From contig CAXXKA010000008.1 in assembly GCA_963668625.2 (NCBI GenBank), forward strand, positions 864,001 through 928,000: a DNA stretch of 64,000 nt. Reading direction: 5' to 3'. Numbering within the stretch: position 1 is the stretch's first letter; each line of letters opens with the position of its first letter. Both the position numbers and the translations under genes were made by a program. Under the pieces are notes generated by a model. That model was given only the letters and a program-made list of their open reading frames with translations. It made no database searches and was not told the DNA's origin. The stretch is from an uncultured candidate division Zixibacteria bacterium. Its GTDB lineage: Bacteria; Zixibacteria; MSB-5A5; UBA10806; 4484-95. Below, one piece after another: positions 1 to 8,870 of this stretch.

Positions 1-738
1 GTTTTGGGACGAATCGGTATCGGTATTATTACCGGCGTGATCCGCAAGTTGATGCGTAAAACGAAAGCCGATGAGACCCTGGCGAAATTCGTCGTCAGCC
101 TGACAAAGATCGCCTTGATGACGTTTATCGTGATTGCCGCGCTGGGTACCGTTGGTGTACAAACCGCCTCTTTCGTGGCCGTGATAGGCGCGGCCGGCCT
201 GGCTATCGGTTTTGCGCTTCAGGGTTCGCTTTCCAATTTCGCCTCGGGTGTTATGATTATTATTTTCAAACCTTTTCAAGCAGGTGATTATGTAGAAGCC
301 GGCGGTACAGGGGGCTCTATCGATGCCGTGCATATTTTTAACACGATCATGAGAACCCCGGATAACAAGAAAGTCATTATCCCCAACAGCCAGGTTACGG
401 GCAGCAGTATCACCAATTATTCGGCAATGGAAACCCGTCGAGTTGACATGGTTTTCGGTATCGGTTACGGGGATGATATCAAGAAGGCCAAGCAAACACT
501 GGAGAAAATACTGACCGGTGATGACAGGATATTGAAGGATCCGTCGCCGACAGTCGCCGTTTCCGAACTGGCCGACAGCTCGGTTAATTTCGTGGTTCGC
601 CCGTGGGTGAAAACCGCCGATTACTGGGGCGTGTATTTCGATATTACCGAGAAAGTCAAAATCACTTTCGATGAGCTCGGTATCTCCATACCATTCCCAC
701 AGACGGATGTTCATTTGCATAAAGTTGATGTTGCTTAG
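1..738 (+). CDS. mscS: Small-conductance mechanosensitive channel (5' partial)
   Basis: AAGLAIGFALQGSLSNFASG, KPFQAGD, IPNS and ISIPFPQ motifs; frame is open from base 1. Confidence 0.95.
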   Translation, partial: VLGRIGIGIITGVIRKLMRKTKADETLAKFVVSLTKIALMTFIVIAALGTVGVQTASFVAVIGAAGLAIGFALQGSLSNFASGVMIIIFKPFQAGDYVEAGGTGGSIDAVHIFNTIMRTPDNKKVIIPNSQVTGSSITNYSAMETRRVDMVFGIGYGDDIKKAKQTLEKILTGDDRILKDPSPTVAVSELADSSVNFVVRPWVKTADYWGVYFDITEKVKITFDELGISIPFPQTDVHLHKVDVA

Positions 739-772
739 GTTCAGTACTATAGATTCATTAAGGAGTTTCGCG

Positions 773-1675
773 ATGAAAAAAATAACCACATTCATGATTC
801 TGACAATGTTCGTCCTGACCGGATCGGTATTATATGCCGATGATGAGGCCCCGGTCAAGGGCTGGAAGAAATCGTTCGACACCGATTTCACCATGACACA
901 GAACTCGTATTCCGATAGCTGGTCGGGTGGCGAGGCCGGCAATATTAGCTGGGTTTGGAACGCCAATGGTGTTTTCGAAAATCAGTTTTCGCCCAAATTC
1001 AATTTCAAGAACACCTCCCGTTTCTCATTCGGACAAACTCACGTACAGGATAAAGAAACCAAAGAGTGGGCCAGACCCGAGAAATCCACCGACTTGATAG
1101 ATATCGAGAATCTCGGTCGTTTTACCATGGGTTGGGTGGTCGATCCTTACGCGGCATTCAGGATTGAATCGCAGTTTCTGGACGCCTCCGATCCTATCAA
1201 AAAACTTTATCTTAACCCGATCAAGTTCACCGAATCGGCAGGCGCCTCGCGCAAGTTTATCGGCACCGAACAGAACGAACTGCTCTCCCGCCTGGGTTTT
1301 GCCTTACGCCAGATCATGACCAAATCCGTCATAGATACGGCAGGCAACACCGAATCTACAACCACCAATGACGGCGGTTTGGAGTCGGTTACCGATTTGA
1401 AGATGACCCTGTCCGAAACCCTGTTATTTACGTCCAAGCTCAGTTTATATAAAGCGCTGTTCTATTCCGAATCGGATGCCCCTGAACTCGTTGGTACTCC
1501 CCAGGAGGATTACTGGAAATCGGTGGATATTAACTGGGAAAACAAGGTATCTGCCTCAGTTGCCAAGTATGTCACCGTCTCGTTATATATGCAGCTTCTG
1601 TACGATAAGCAAATTAACGTAAAGGGACGATTCAAAGAGACACTGGCTCTGGGGTTGACTTACAAGTTATTCTAA
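773..1675 (+). CDS. DUF3078-like outer-membrane beta-barrel protein
   Basis: AAGGAG RBS before ATG 773; signal peptide; TQNSYSDSWSGG motif; C-terminal LALGLTYKLF beta signal. Confidence 0.75.
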   Translation: MKKITTFMILTMFVLTGSVLYADDEAPVKGWKKSFDTDFTMTQNSYSDSWSGGEAGNISWVWNANGVFENQFSPKFNFKNTSRFSFGQTHVQDKETKEWARPEKSTDLIDIENLGRFTMGWVVDPYAAFRIESQFLDASDPIKKLYLNPIKFTESAGASRKFIGTEQNELLSRLGFALRQIMTKSVIDTAGNTESTTTNDGGLESVTDLKMTLSETLLFTSKLSLYKALFYSESDAPELVGTPQEDYWKSVDINWENKVSASVAKYVTVSLYMQLLYDKQINVKGRFKETLALGLTYKLF

Positions 1676-1690
1676 TATTAAATTGTAGAT

Positions 1691-1732
1691 TATCTCGTGG
1701 GGTATCGTTATTAACGATTCCCACGGGTGATA
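1691..1732 (+). terminator. Long hairpin downstream of DUF3078 gene
   Basis: CGTGGG/CCCACG and ATCGTTA/TAACGAT arms; no clear U-tract. Confidence 0.4.
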
Positions 1733-1859
1733 AAGCGAGTAGTTAATACCAGGATATCGTTCGTGACCTCGTATACGGTTGCGACCGTCAGTTACGATTA
1801 ATACAGGGAGATGCGATTTTAGGCATTCGGGAATAATTTAACGAAAATGAGGAGTATAC

Positions 1860-3380
1860 ATGAAAATTAGAGTTGTTGCGATCGCTATAATTTTGGTTTT
1901 GTCGATGAGTACGGTTAATGCCGCCGACTGGAACGGTTTAGTGGGGATAGGATTGCGCGGTCAGTTCGTTTCGCCGTTAAGCGAGGGAGGCAGTTATAAC
2001 AAGTTCAGCGGCAATGAACCTTTCATGATGGGCTGGTCGACCGAATTCGATTTGAAATACGGTCTTTCCCGAAGTTTCGTGATGGGCCTGGCGGCCGGTT
2101 ATAGCAAAACATATGACCATCCTTTTAACGATAAAGACCAATCGTATAATGAGATCTGGAATAAGGCCGAAACATCACCAACAAAAATGACCGGAATGCT
2201 TGTCGATCTGGAGGGGCAGTATTTTCTTTTCCCGGAATCGAATATACAGCCATATTTTCTGGGTGGAGCGGGTATCGATCTGTGGAAATTGACAACCCAG
2301 GATTCCAGCCTGTCATTCAGCGCCTGGCCATCGGGCAATGAATATAGTTTCATGGATGTTAGCGCGAAATTCGGTGTTGGCATTAATTTCTGGCTTAACA
2401 AATATTGGACATTCGATATTCAGGCGAAATATTCATACGGTATAACGAATGTTTCGGCGGATGATGATACTATTTATTACGGTGATATGAGCGAGTGGGA
2501 TAAGCGCGCCTTCCAGTCGTTCATCCAGCCCTCGATAGCCCTGACATATTATTTCGGCCGCAAGATAGATACCGACAAGGACGGCGTGGGGGACGAGGAG
2601 GATAGCTGCCCCGGAACGCCCTCCGGCGCAATGGTGGATATGGATGGTTGCCCGCTCGATACCGATAATGACGGCGTATACGACGGCCTCGACAGATGTG
2701 AAAATACGCCTGCCGGAGCAGTGGTAGATATTCAAGGCTGTCCGAAAGATACCGACGGGGATGGTGTTTACGATGGCCTCGATCAATGTCCCAACACGCC
2801 TAAAACAGCTAAAACGGATATGCGCGGTTGTCCGCTCGATACCGATCAGGACGGAGTAGCGGATTATCTCGATCGGGAGATCAATACCCCGTTTAAAGCC
2901 GAGGTGGATGCCAACGGTGTCGGGCTGGATTCTGATTTCGACGGTGTTTATGATGGCCTGGACAGATGCCCCACTACCGCTGCAGGAGCGCAGGTGGATG
3001 AGTTCGGTTGCCCGGTGGAGGTAGAGAAACCGGTTGAGAAGATAACTCTGAATATCGAATACGCCACCGGTTCGTACGAGCCGGATGACGAGGCCAAGAA
3101 AGTGCTGGATAGGCTGGCCGAAACGATGTACGCCTATGTAGACTATAGTATAGAGATAGATGGTTTCACCGATAATGTCGGTTCGGAGAAAGCCAATCGC
3201 GACCTTTCGCAAAAACGCGCTGATGCCGTAATGAAATACCTTCTGGATAAAGGCGTTGCCTCGTACAGAATGTCCTCCAAAGGATTCGGCGAGGATTCAC
3301 GTTATGCGATAGGTGATAACTCCACCCCGGAGGGCCGTCAGAAAAACAGGCGAGTCGAAATTATTTCGCTTCAAGAATAA
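1860..3380 (+). CDS. OmpA-family protein: N-terminal beta-barrel, thrombospondin type-3 repeats, C-terminal peptidoglycan-binding domain
   Basis: GAGGAG RBS; signal peptide; DxDxDGVxDxxDxCP repeats; GFTDNVG..N..LS..RA..V and NRRVEI OmpA motifs. Confidence 0.93.
   Translation: MKIRVVAIAIILVLSMSTVNAADWNGLVGIGLRGQFVSPLSEGGSYNKFSGNEPFMMGWSTEFDLKYGLSRSFVMGLAAGYSKTYDHPFNDKDQSYNEIWNKAETSPTKMTGMLVDLEGQYFLFPESNIQPYFLGGAGIDLWKLTTQDSSLSFSAWPSGNEYSFMDVSAKFGVGINFWLNKYWTFDIQAKYSYGITNVSADDDTIYYGDMSEWDKRAFQSFIQPSIALTYYFGRKIDTDKDGVGDEEDSCPGTPSGAMVDMDGCPLDTDNDGVYDGLDRCENTPAGAVVDIQGCPKDTDGDGVYDGLDQCPNTPKTAKTDMRGCPLDTDQDGVADYLDREINTPFKAEVDANGVGLDSDFDGVYDGLDRCPTTAAGAQVDEFGCPVEVEKPVEKITLNIEYATGSYEPDDEAKKVLDRLAETMYAYVDYSIEIDGFTDNVGSEKANRDLSQKRADAVMKYLLDKGVASYRMSSKGFGEDSRYAIGDNSTPEGRQKNRRVEIISLQE
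2568..3014 (+). repeat. Five 90-nt (30-aa) TSP3-like Ca-binding repeats inside the OmpA gene
   Basis: Units start at 2568, 2658, 2748, 2838 and 2928. Confidence 0.9.
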
Positions 3381-3404
3381 CACTTGGCTAAATAGAATAT
3401 CGAG

Positions 3405-3439
3405 TATCGCCGGGAAATCTTTTCCGGCGATATTTTTTT
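3405..3439 (+). terminator. Rho-independent terminator
   Basis: TATCGCCGG...CCGGCGATA stem followed by T7. Confidence 0.85.
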
Positions 3440-3496
3440 ATGATCAATTAATCGGTAGCCGAGCTTAGACTTGAGGTGTAGCTATAAATCCGCCGG

Positions 3497-4048
3497 TTAC
3501 TTGAATCGCATTAAATCATTTTTGAAAAATACGATGCCCTCCGGTATGATAAATTCACCTTTATGATTCAGGCGATACCAGGGACTGATATTTTTATCTG
3601 ATAGATTTTTGATTATATGAATACTTTGCGCCGGAATAAAACTTTGAGCCATCATGAAAAGCTTATCTTTACTTTCAGTACTTTCTATCATATCGACGAT
3701 TATCAGAGCATGTCCGGGAAAACCGCCCTGTATGAAAATATCGCCCGTTCTTATCGGATCGATATCGATATTAGCGGCATGAAGGTTTTGCCAGGGTTTG
3801 ATCGTACTATCGTACTAGGCTATCAAAGCCGTATCCGGTTTCAGGGGGAGATGGCGCAGTCAGTCGGCAAAGCCCCCGGGCACAGTAGTGATTCTCTCAT
3901 AACCTGCGGGCAGCTTGAATCTGGCAGCTATGCATCGAGTTGAATCAATTTCGGAAACTAACCAGGGATAATCATTATGTCGGGCGTTGGATATCCCGAA
4001 TGGCGTGAAAATTATCGAAAATATAAGAATAAGTGTTTTCAAAATCAC
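3497..4048 (-). pseudogene. DUF4846-family pseudogene
   Basis: One frame reads FAD*LRHLPLKPDTALIA*YDSTIKPWQNLHAANIDID/PIRTGDIFIQGGFPGHA..MAQSFIPAQSIHI; in-frame TGA (3860-62) and TAG (3815-17); central block apparently deleted. Confidence 0.8.
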
Positions 4049-4054
4049 AGAGTA

Positions 4055-4705
4055 CTAAAAATCAGCAACCAATTGCTCTATCCGATAAGTAATAAACTCA
4101 CCGGTTTTAAAATCGTATAGCTCTATTTCAGTGTTATCATCGGATAAAGCTTTGACGTGTTCGTATGCCTCATCACGGCACAATGATTTTAAGGCTACGA
4201 TAGAACTACCGCGTATATTCGCGTTGGGATCGTTTAAGGTTTGAATTAATTTTTTATTAACGGTTTTATTAAAATGAGAGCTGTCTATCCCGGCTATTCT
4301 GGCGATTGCTATACGAGTACCTTTCTCGAATGGCTCCTCGACTAAAAACGCAGGCAGCATGCCGGCGTATTCGGCGATCAGCTCCGGCACGTTGCGCAAT
4401 GTCTCACCGATAGCCTCGGCGGAGTACCAGCCGACATTACCCGACTCATCGTTCAGATTCCAGAAAAAGCGACGAATCATCTTTCGCAGTGTCTCTAATT
4501 TATTTTTGTACAGGCTGGAGATGACTCCCAACGCCTCGACCGCTCTCATACAGATTAGAGGATCGGGGTCGAACTGGAGCGAGGTAAGTATGCGGATAGG
4601 ATTACGTGTCGAATTCGCCCAGCTTAAAAGTGAATCGAAATCTCGTTTTCTCAGAATTTCCAGCGCCTCGCCTTTGCGAGAACTTAAACCAGCGGTGTCT
4701 GTCAT
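4055..4705 (-). CDS. DVU0298-like HEAT/PBS-lyase repeat protein
   Basis: WNLNDESGNVGWYSAEAIGE motif; HEAT-like helices; GAGG RBS before ATG 4705. Confidence 0.7.
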   Translation of the reverse strand: MTDTAGLSSRKGEALEILRKRDFDSLLSWANSTRNPIRILTSLQFDPDPLICMRAVEALGVISSLYKNKLETLRKMIRRFFWNLNDESGNVGWYSAEAIGETLRNVPELIAEYAGMLPAFLVEEPFEKGTRIAIARIAGIDSSHFNKTVNKKLIQTLNDPNANIRGSSIVALKSLCRDEAYEHVKALSDDNTEIELYDFKTGEFITYRIEQLVADF

Positions 4706-4722
4706 CGTTCTTTCCTCGTATG

Positions 4723-4747
4723 AAAAAGGGCGCAATTAATACGCCCT
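4723..4747 (-). terminator. Terminator after the ferritin-like pair
   Basis: Minus strand AGGGCGTATTAATTGCGCCCT followed by a T-run. Confidence 0.7.
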
Positions 4748-4806
4748 GGTGTTTTATCGTGTATCAATGTAGTTTCTCGTCACCGAGTTTTCAAGAGAAT
4801 ACCGGT

Positions 4807-5316
4807 TTAAAAAGGCGAGAAATTGCCATCCTGCCAGTAATCCTCTTTAAGCTCCTGCTGCTGTTTCAACAGCCTCCTGTGATGAGTGGCTTCCCAATCG
4901 GCCAATTCGGTGAAAAACTTTTTCATTTCATCATCGGCTGCTTGCTTTGCCTGATCCTGGTAAAACTTTACGGCCGATATTTCGAGCTGTACGCCTACCG
5001 AAAGGGCGGTCATCTCGTAATGCGCCTCCTTGATACGGCTCTTGAAACTATCGCTGAACATCGGGCTTTCACCGCTTTCGGAGGGTTTGCCGACTTTCAC
5101 GCTCGAATCGGGCTTACCGTCTTTCTCATAAGCGGCGTATTGGGCTTTCAGGAACGTGAAATGTTCAACCTCATCTTTAGCCAAAGCTTTGAATGTTTCC
5201 TTGCCCATTTCATCCCGGGTGCTATCAGCGGCCATGCGGTAGAAATTGTGACCATCCACCTCGGCTTGCATCGCTTCTTTCAGCGCCGAGAGTACGCGAT
5301 CTTTTTCGCTCATCAT
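4807..5316 (-). CDS. Ferritin-like/rubrerythrin-domain protein
   Basis: Two E..FY / ExxH di-iron half sites (DEVEH, WEATH); no rubredoxin domain. Confidence 0.9.
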   Translation of the reverse strand: MMSEKDRVLSALKEAMQAEVDGHNFYRMAADSTRDEMGKETFKALAKDEVEHFTFLKAQYAAYEKDGKPDSSVKVGKPSESGESPMFSDSFKSRIKEAHYEMTALSVGVQLEISAVKFYQDQAKQAADDEMKKFFTELADWEATHHRRLLKQQQELKEDYWQDGNFSPF

Positions 5317-5375
5317 TACTCCTTGATATCGGTAATATATTTTTTATTTCCTGTGATGCGTAGTGAATATGTCGG

Positions 5376-5882
5376 TTAATGCTCTACGCTGAACTCTTTA
5401 AAATCGAACCAGAAACCGTTTCCCTGAAGCGAGTCGAGCTCGGCCTGCACCAATGCCAGGTGCCCTTCCTCGATTTCGAGGAAACGCTGGAACATCTTCT
5501 GCGGCTCGGCTTTCAACTCGTTCACCATTTTCTCGTAAAACTTGCTGGTCTCGATTTCGACATCCAGAGCCTTGGTAAGCATCTGGGCCTCACCGTGCTC
5601 ATCGGCCTCTTTCATTTTATCATCGAGCTTTTTCACGCCCTCCTCGATAGCCTCGCGGGCGGGGATGGCCGTGCCCAGTTTCTCGGGGGTGAGGCTGCCG
5701 GTTTTTTGCCATTCGGTGAGACGGCTTTCCAGGTAGTCTACATGTCCCTGTTCCTCATCGGCGAGCCTTTTAAATACGCGTCGGGCGGTTTCGTTCTGTG
5801 TGTTATTGACAGCGGTGGCGTAAGTATCGCGGACTTTTATCTCGTACTCGATGGCTGTTTTGATTGCTTTTTCGACTTCCAT
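5376..5882 (-). CDS. Ferritin-like/rubrerythrin-domain protein
   Basis: EEQGH and EEGH ExxH motifs; tandem paralog-like neighbour of 4807-5316. Confidence 0.9.
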   Translation of the reverse strand: MEVEKAIKTAIEYEIKVRDTYATAVNNTQNETARRVFKRLADEEQGHVDYLESRLTEWQKTGSLTPEKLGTAIPAREAIEEGVKKLDDKMKEADEHGEAQMLTKALDVEIETSKFYEKMVNELKAEPQKMFQRFLEIEEGHLALVQAELDSLQGNGFWFDFKEFSVEH

Positions 5883-6052
5883 GACTGCTCCATCTTTTTA
5901 CAATTTCCTCGTGGTGTTTAATTATAGACAGTACAACCCGGTTTGTTGTCTGAATGTTCCCATATCCTGTCTAATCTCTTAATTATTTTAAGATAAAAAG
6001 ATGACGGCTGAATGCAAATAATATTCGATAAAAATATAAACTTATATGAAAC

Positions 6053-6081
6053 TTGACACCGAGCAATACTATAAGTAGTTT
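6053..6081 (+). promoter_or_regulatory. Sigma70-type promoter, probably giving a leaderless mRNA
   Basis: TTGACA-N17-TAGTTT ending 7 nt before ATG 6089; no SD. Confidence 0.55.
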
Positions 6082-6088
6082 AATCTAT

Positions 6089-7021
6089 ATGGCCGGTAAT
6101 ATTCATGAAATCGAGAAACTATCCTATCCGCAGATAGATAAGTTAGACCGTCATAAAACTGTGATGATAGTCTCGATCTCGCCTTTGGAGGAGCACGGAC
6201 CTCATCTCCCCATAGGTGTCGATAGCTTGAATGCCCGCTATTTTGCCGAATACACCGCCCGCATGTTAATTAAGGAATTCCCCGAATACGATGTTCTTCT
6301 GTTTCCGGTTATTCCTCTGGGCACCCAGGTGTATAAGCATATCGGTTCGTTTTTTATCAAGCAAAGCACGTTATTCGATATCGTCTACCAGACCGGCAAG
6401 AGCCTGGCGTTGTACGGATTCGAAAATATTTTCGTGGTTTCGGGGCACGGGCCGCCGAAACAGATTGTCGCCATCGAGGCAGCCTGCAAGCGGGTATCTC
6501 GTCACACCGAGACCCGGATGATTTGCCTGAGTGGAGGATTGACTGTAAAATTCTTAAACGGCGAGATGGTCGAAACTATCAGCAAGAAACTTGGACGAGA
6601 ATTTACCGATGAAGAGAAGCATCTGTTGAAACACGATTACCATGCAGGCTGGTGGGAGACCTCAATGATGCTCTGGTTGTATCCCGAGTTGGTGGATGAT
6701 TCGTATAAACGGATGACGCCCCACCTGAAAGATCCGATTACCGGCAAGACGCTGACTCCCGAGAACGAATGGCTGGGGTATTTCGGCGCGCCTGCCAATG
6801 CCGGCCGCGATTTCGCCGAGGCCTCGATGGAGGCGTTTAACGATTTCATATCGAGTTATGTCGGGCGAAGTTTAAGCGGCGAGGATATATCTAAGGAGAT
6901 TAATTCACCGTTCGGAAAGTATCCTCATTTCCATCCGTTTTTTAGAAAGTACACCGCTATTGGGATTATCAGCCTTTTTATTATAGCATTCATTATTTTG
7001 ATGTTAATCACTAATCCTTAA
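6089..7021 (+). CDS. Creatininase-family amidohydrolase with C-terminal TM helix
   Basis: EEHGPHLPIGVD, SGHG and HAGWWETS metal motifs; hydrophobic C-terminus. Confidence 0.88.
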   Translation: MAGNIHEIEKLSYPQIDKLDRHKTVMIVSISPLEEHGPHLPIGVDSLNARYFAEYTARMLIKEFPEYDVLLFPVIPLGTQVYKHIGSFFIKQSTLFDIVYQTGKSLALYGFENIFVVSGHGPPKQIVAIEAACKRVSRHTETRMICLSGGLTVKFLNGEMVETISKKLGREFTDEEKHLLKHDYHAGWWETSMMLWLYPELVDDSYKRMTPHLKDPITGKTLTPENEWLGYFGAPANAGRDFAEASMEAFNDFISSYVGRSLSGEDISKEINSPFGKYPHFHPFFRKYTAIGIISLFIIAFIILMLITNP

Positions 7022-8628
7022 AGCTTGGTTGCCAGCCACGACTCGATCAAACCGCATAAAGCCAATATCAGAATGAAATAAACCAGCAGCGTGGTGTAGA
7101 GATATTTGTTGCCCGAGTTACGTAACAGGTCTTTGAGCGGGAAATGGCTTTCCATGATGCCCACCGTCACCCGGTGCGGCATTAGCATACTGATGAAATA
7201 TCCCACGATCATCGAGAAGAGAAAGCCGAATACGTTCCACCACATCCAGGAGATATTTTCAAAAAATAACCATAAAATAATATTGAGAGCGACACCGCTA
7301 ATCAGCCCGATTATGGCTCCGGGCTGAGAGGCTTTTTTCGTCAGTATGCCCAGCCAGAAAATTGCCAGTATCGGGCCGTAGAAAGCTGAACCTATTTTAT
7401 TGACGAGTTCGATCACTGTTTCCGGGCCGCCAATCATAGCCAGTGCGAACACGGTTGCCAGCGCGCCCCAGAACACGGTCAGCAGTCGTGATATCCGCAC
7501 CATCTGGCGCGGCGACATACGCCTGGCCCATCTGAAATTACGTTCGATGAAATCTTTCCACGTAGCGGCGGAAAGCGAGTTTAAGGCGCTATCGATACTC
7601 GACATCGAGGCTGCGAATATACCGGCTATAACCAGGCCCAGAAGCCCCGGTGGAAAATATTCCACCAGGAAATACGGTACCAGAAAATCCGGCTGAGAAT
7701 TTTGCACACGGGCGGCGAACCCGGCATGCTTGTTGAGAAACGGAATGAGGAAAAGCCCGAACGAGCAATAAGTGAGAACCAGTGGAAAGCGCAATAGCCC
7801 GTTTCCCATCATGGCCCAACGTGCGCCGGAGATGGTATTGGTAGTCAAAAGCCGCTGCGCCTGGCTTTGATCGCAACCGTAATAGGACAGGTAGAGGAAA
7901 AAGCCGCCTATGACCATCGGCCAGAAAGCGAATGTTTGGCCATCACCAAGACCCGTTGCTCTGAAATCGATAACGCGAAGGCGTGCGGAATCTTTTGGAA
8001 AGAATGCGAATAAATCACCTCCGAGAAGGTTTAAAATAATAATAATACTGAGTATAGCACCTCCCCAGAGTACGATTAGCTGTATGATATCGGAGTAGAT
8101 ATCGGCCTTGATGCCGCCAATGGTGGTATACAGTAGTGAAACCAACCCGATCAGTATGACAGTGTTGGCCAGTGAAATCTCCAGGCAGACACTGGTGACT
8201 ATCGCTGTTGCCAGAAGAGCCAGGCCCGCGCCTAATCCCCGGCTGATCAAAAATACCAGGCTCAGTATGGAACGTGTTGGTTTGCCGAATCGATTTTCGA
8301 GATACTCATAGATCGTGATGCCTCGGCTGTGATGGTATACCGGGATTAGGATCAGCATGATAAGCATCATGGCGAGAGGGATGGCGAATTCGTACTGAAG
8401 CCATACCAGTCCGCCGCCATACCTGAGCGCGATAAATGCCGGTGCACTTATCAGGCTGATTGCCGATACCTGTGTCGCCATGACCGATAACGCCACCTGC
8501 CAGGGTCGAATCAAACGCCCGCCGAGATAGTAGTCCTCCTGGTTTCGCTGCTTGCGCCCGATTGCGATACTCATGCCGATTATACCGGCTATGTATATTA
8601 TCAGAACCGCCCAGTCGAGATTGGTCAT
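7018..8628 (-). CDS. Sodium:solute symporter (SSS family)
   Basis: DYYLGGR, YEYLENRFG, GGIKADIYSD, DQSQAQR and AASMSSIDS motifs; about 14 TM segments. Confidence 0.95.
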   Translation of the reverse strand: MTNLDWAVLIIYIAGIIGMSIAIGRKQRNQEDYYLGGRLIRPWQVALSVMATQVSAISLISAPAFIALRYGGGLVWLQYEFAIPLAMMLIMLILIPVYHHSRGITIYEYLENRFGKPTRSILSLVFLISRGLGAGLALLATAIVTSVCLEISLANTVILIGLVSLLYTTIGGIKADIYSDIIQLIVLWGGAILSIIIILNLLGGDLFAFFPKDSARLRVIDFRATGLGDGQTFAFWPMVIGGFFLYLSYYGCDQSQAQRLLTTNTISGARWAMMGNGLLRFPLVLTYCSFGLFLIPFLNKHAGFAARVQNSQPDFLVPYFLVEYFPPGLLGLVIAGIFAASMSSIDSALNSLSAATWKDFIERNFRWARRMSPRQMVRISRLLTVFWGALATVFALAMIGGPETVIELVNKIGSAFYGPILAIFWLGILTKKASQPGAIIGLISGVALNIILWLFFENISWMWWNVFGFLFSMIVGYFISMLMPHRVTVGIMESHFPLKDLLRNSGNKYLYTTLLVYFILILALCGLIESWLATKL

Positions 8629-8870
8629 GATGATTTCCCCTTGATGATTATTGGATTCGTTTAAGCAATTTTAAGAGATGTCAGGCTGGATTTCAATTAA
8701 AATATAGCGATGATTGACTAATACGTCAATCACCGGTCGCTCAAAAAATAACCGAAGCTATTGCCCCCGAGGAGTATCTATTTTCGATGAAAACGGATGA
8801 GACCTTTATCGTTTTGAACTTCTCGATATTTATTGTATATTACTATTAAAGAGAATCGAAAATACACCAG

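Noticed and set aside
2568-3014. Regular 90-nt periodicity resembling a CRISPR array
   Set aside because: Protein-coding TSP3 repeats with codon-level divergence; no identical repeats with unique spacers and no cas genes
3860-3862. In-frame TGA at a Trp-like position suggesting code 4/25 or selenocysteine
   Set aside because: The same frame also has a TAG and a deletion, and TGA serves as a normal stop elsewhere (16475, 22071, 38134, 50933)
4807-5882. Encapsulin cargo system
   Set aside because: No encapsulin shell gene nearby and no LxVGSL-type targeting peptide
2433-5921. Long alternative ORFs (2433-3212, 3617-3943, 4606-5379, 5379-5921) and similar ones across the window
   Set aside because: Antisense or out-of-frame shadows of well-supported genes, with no recognisable motifs
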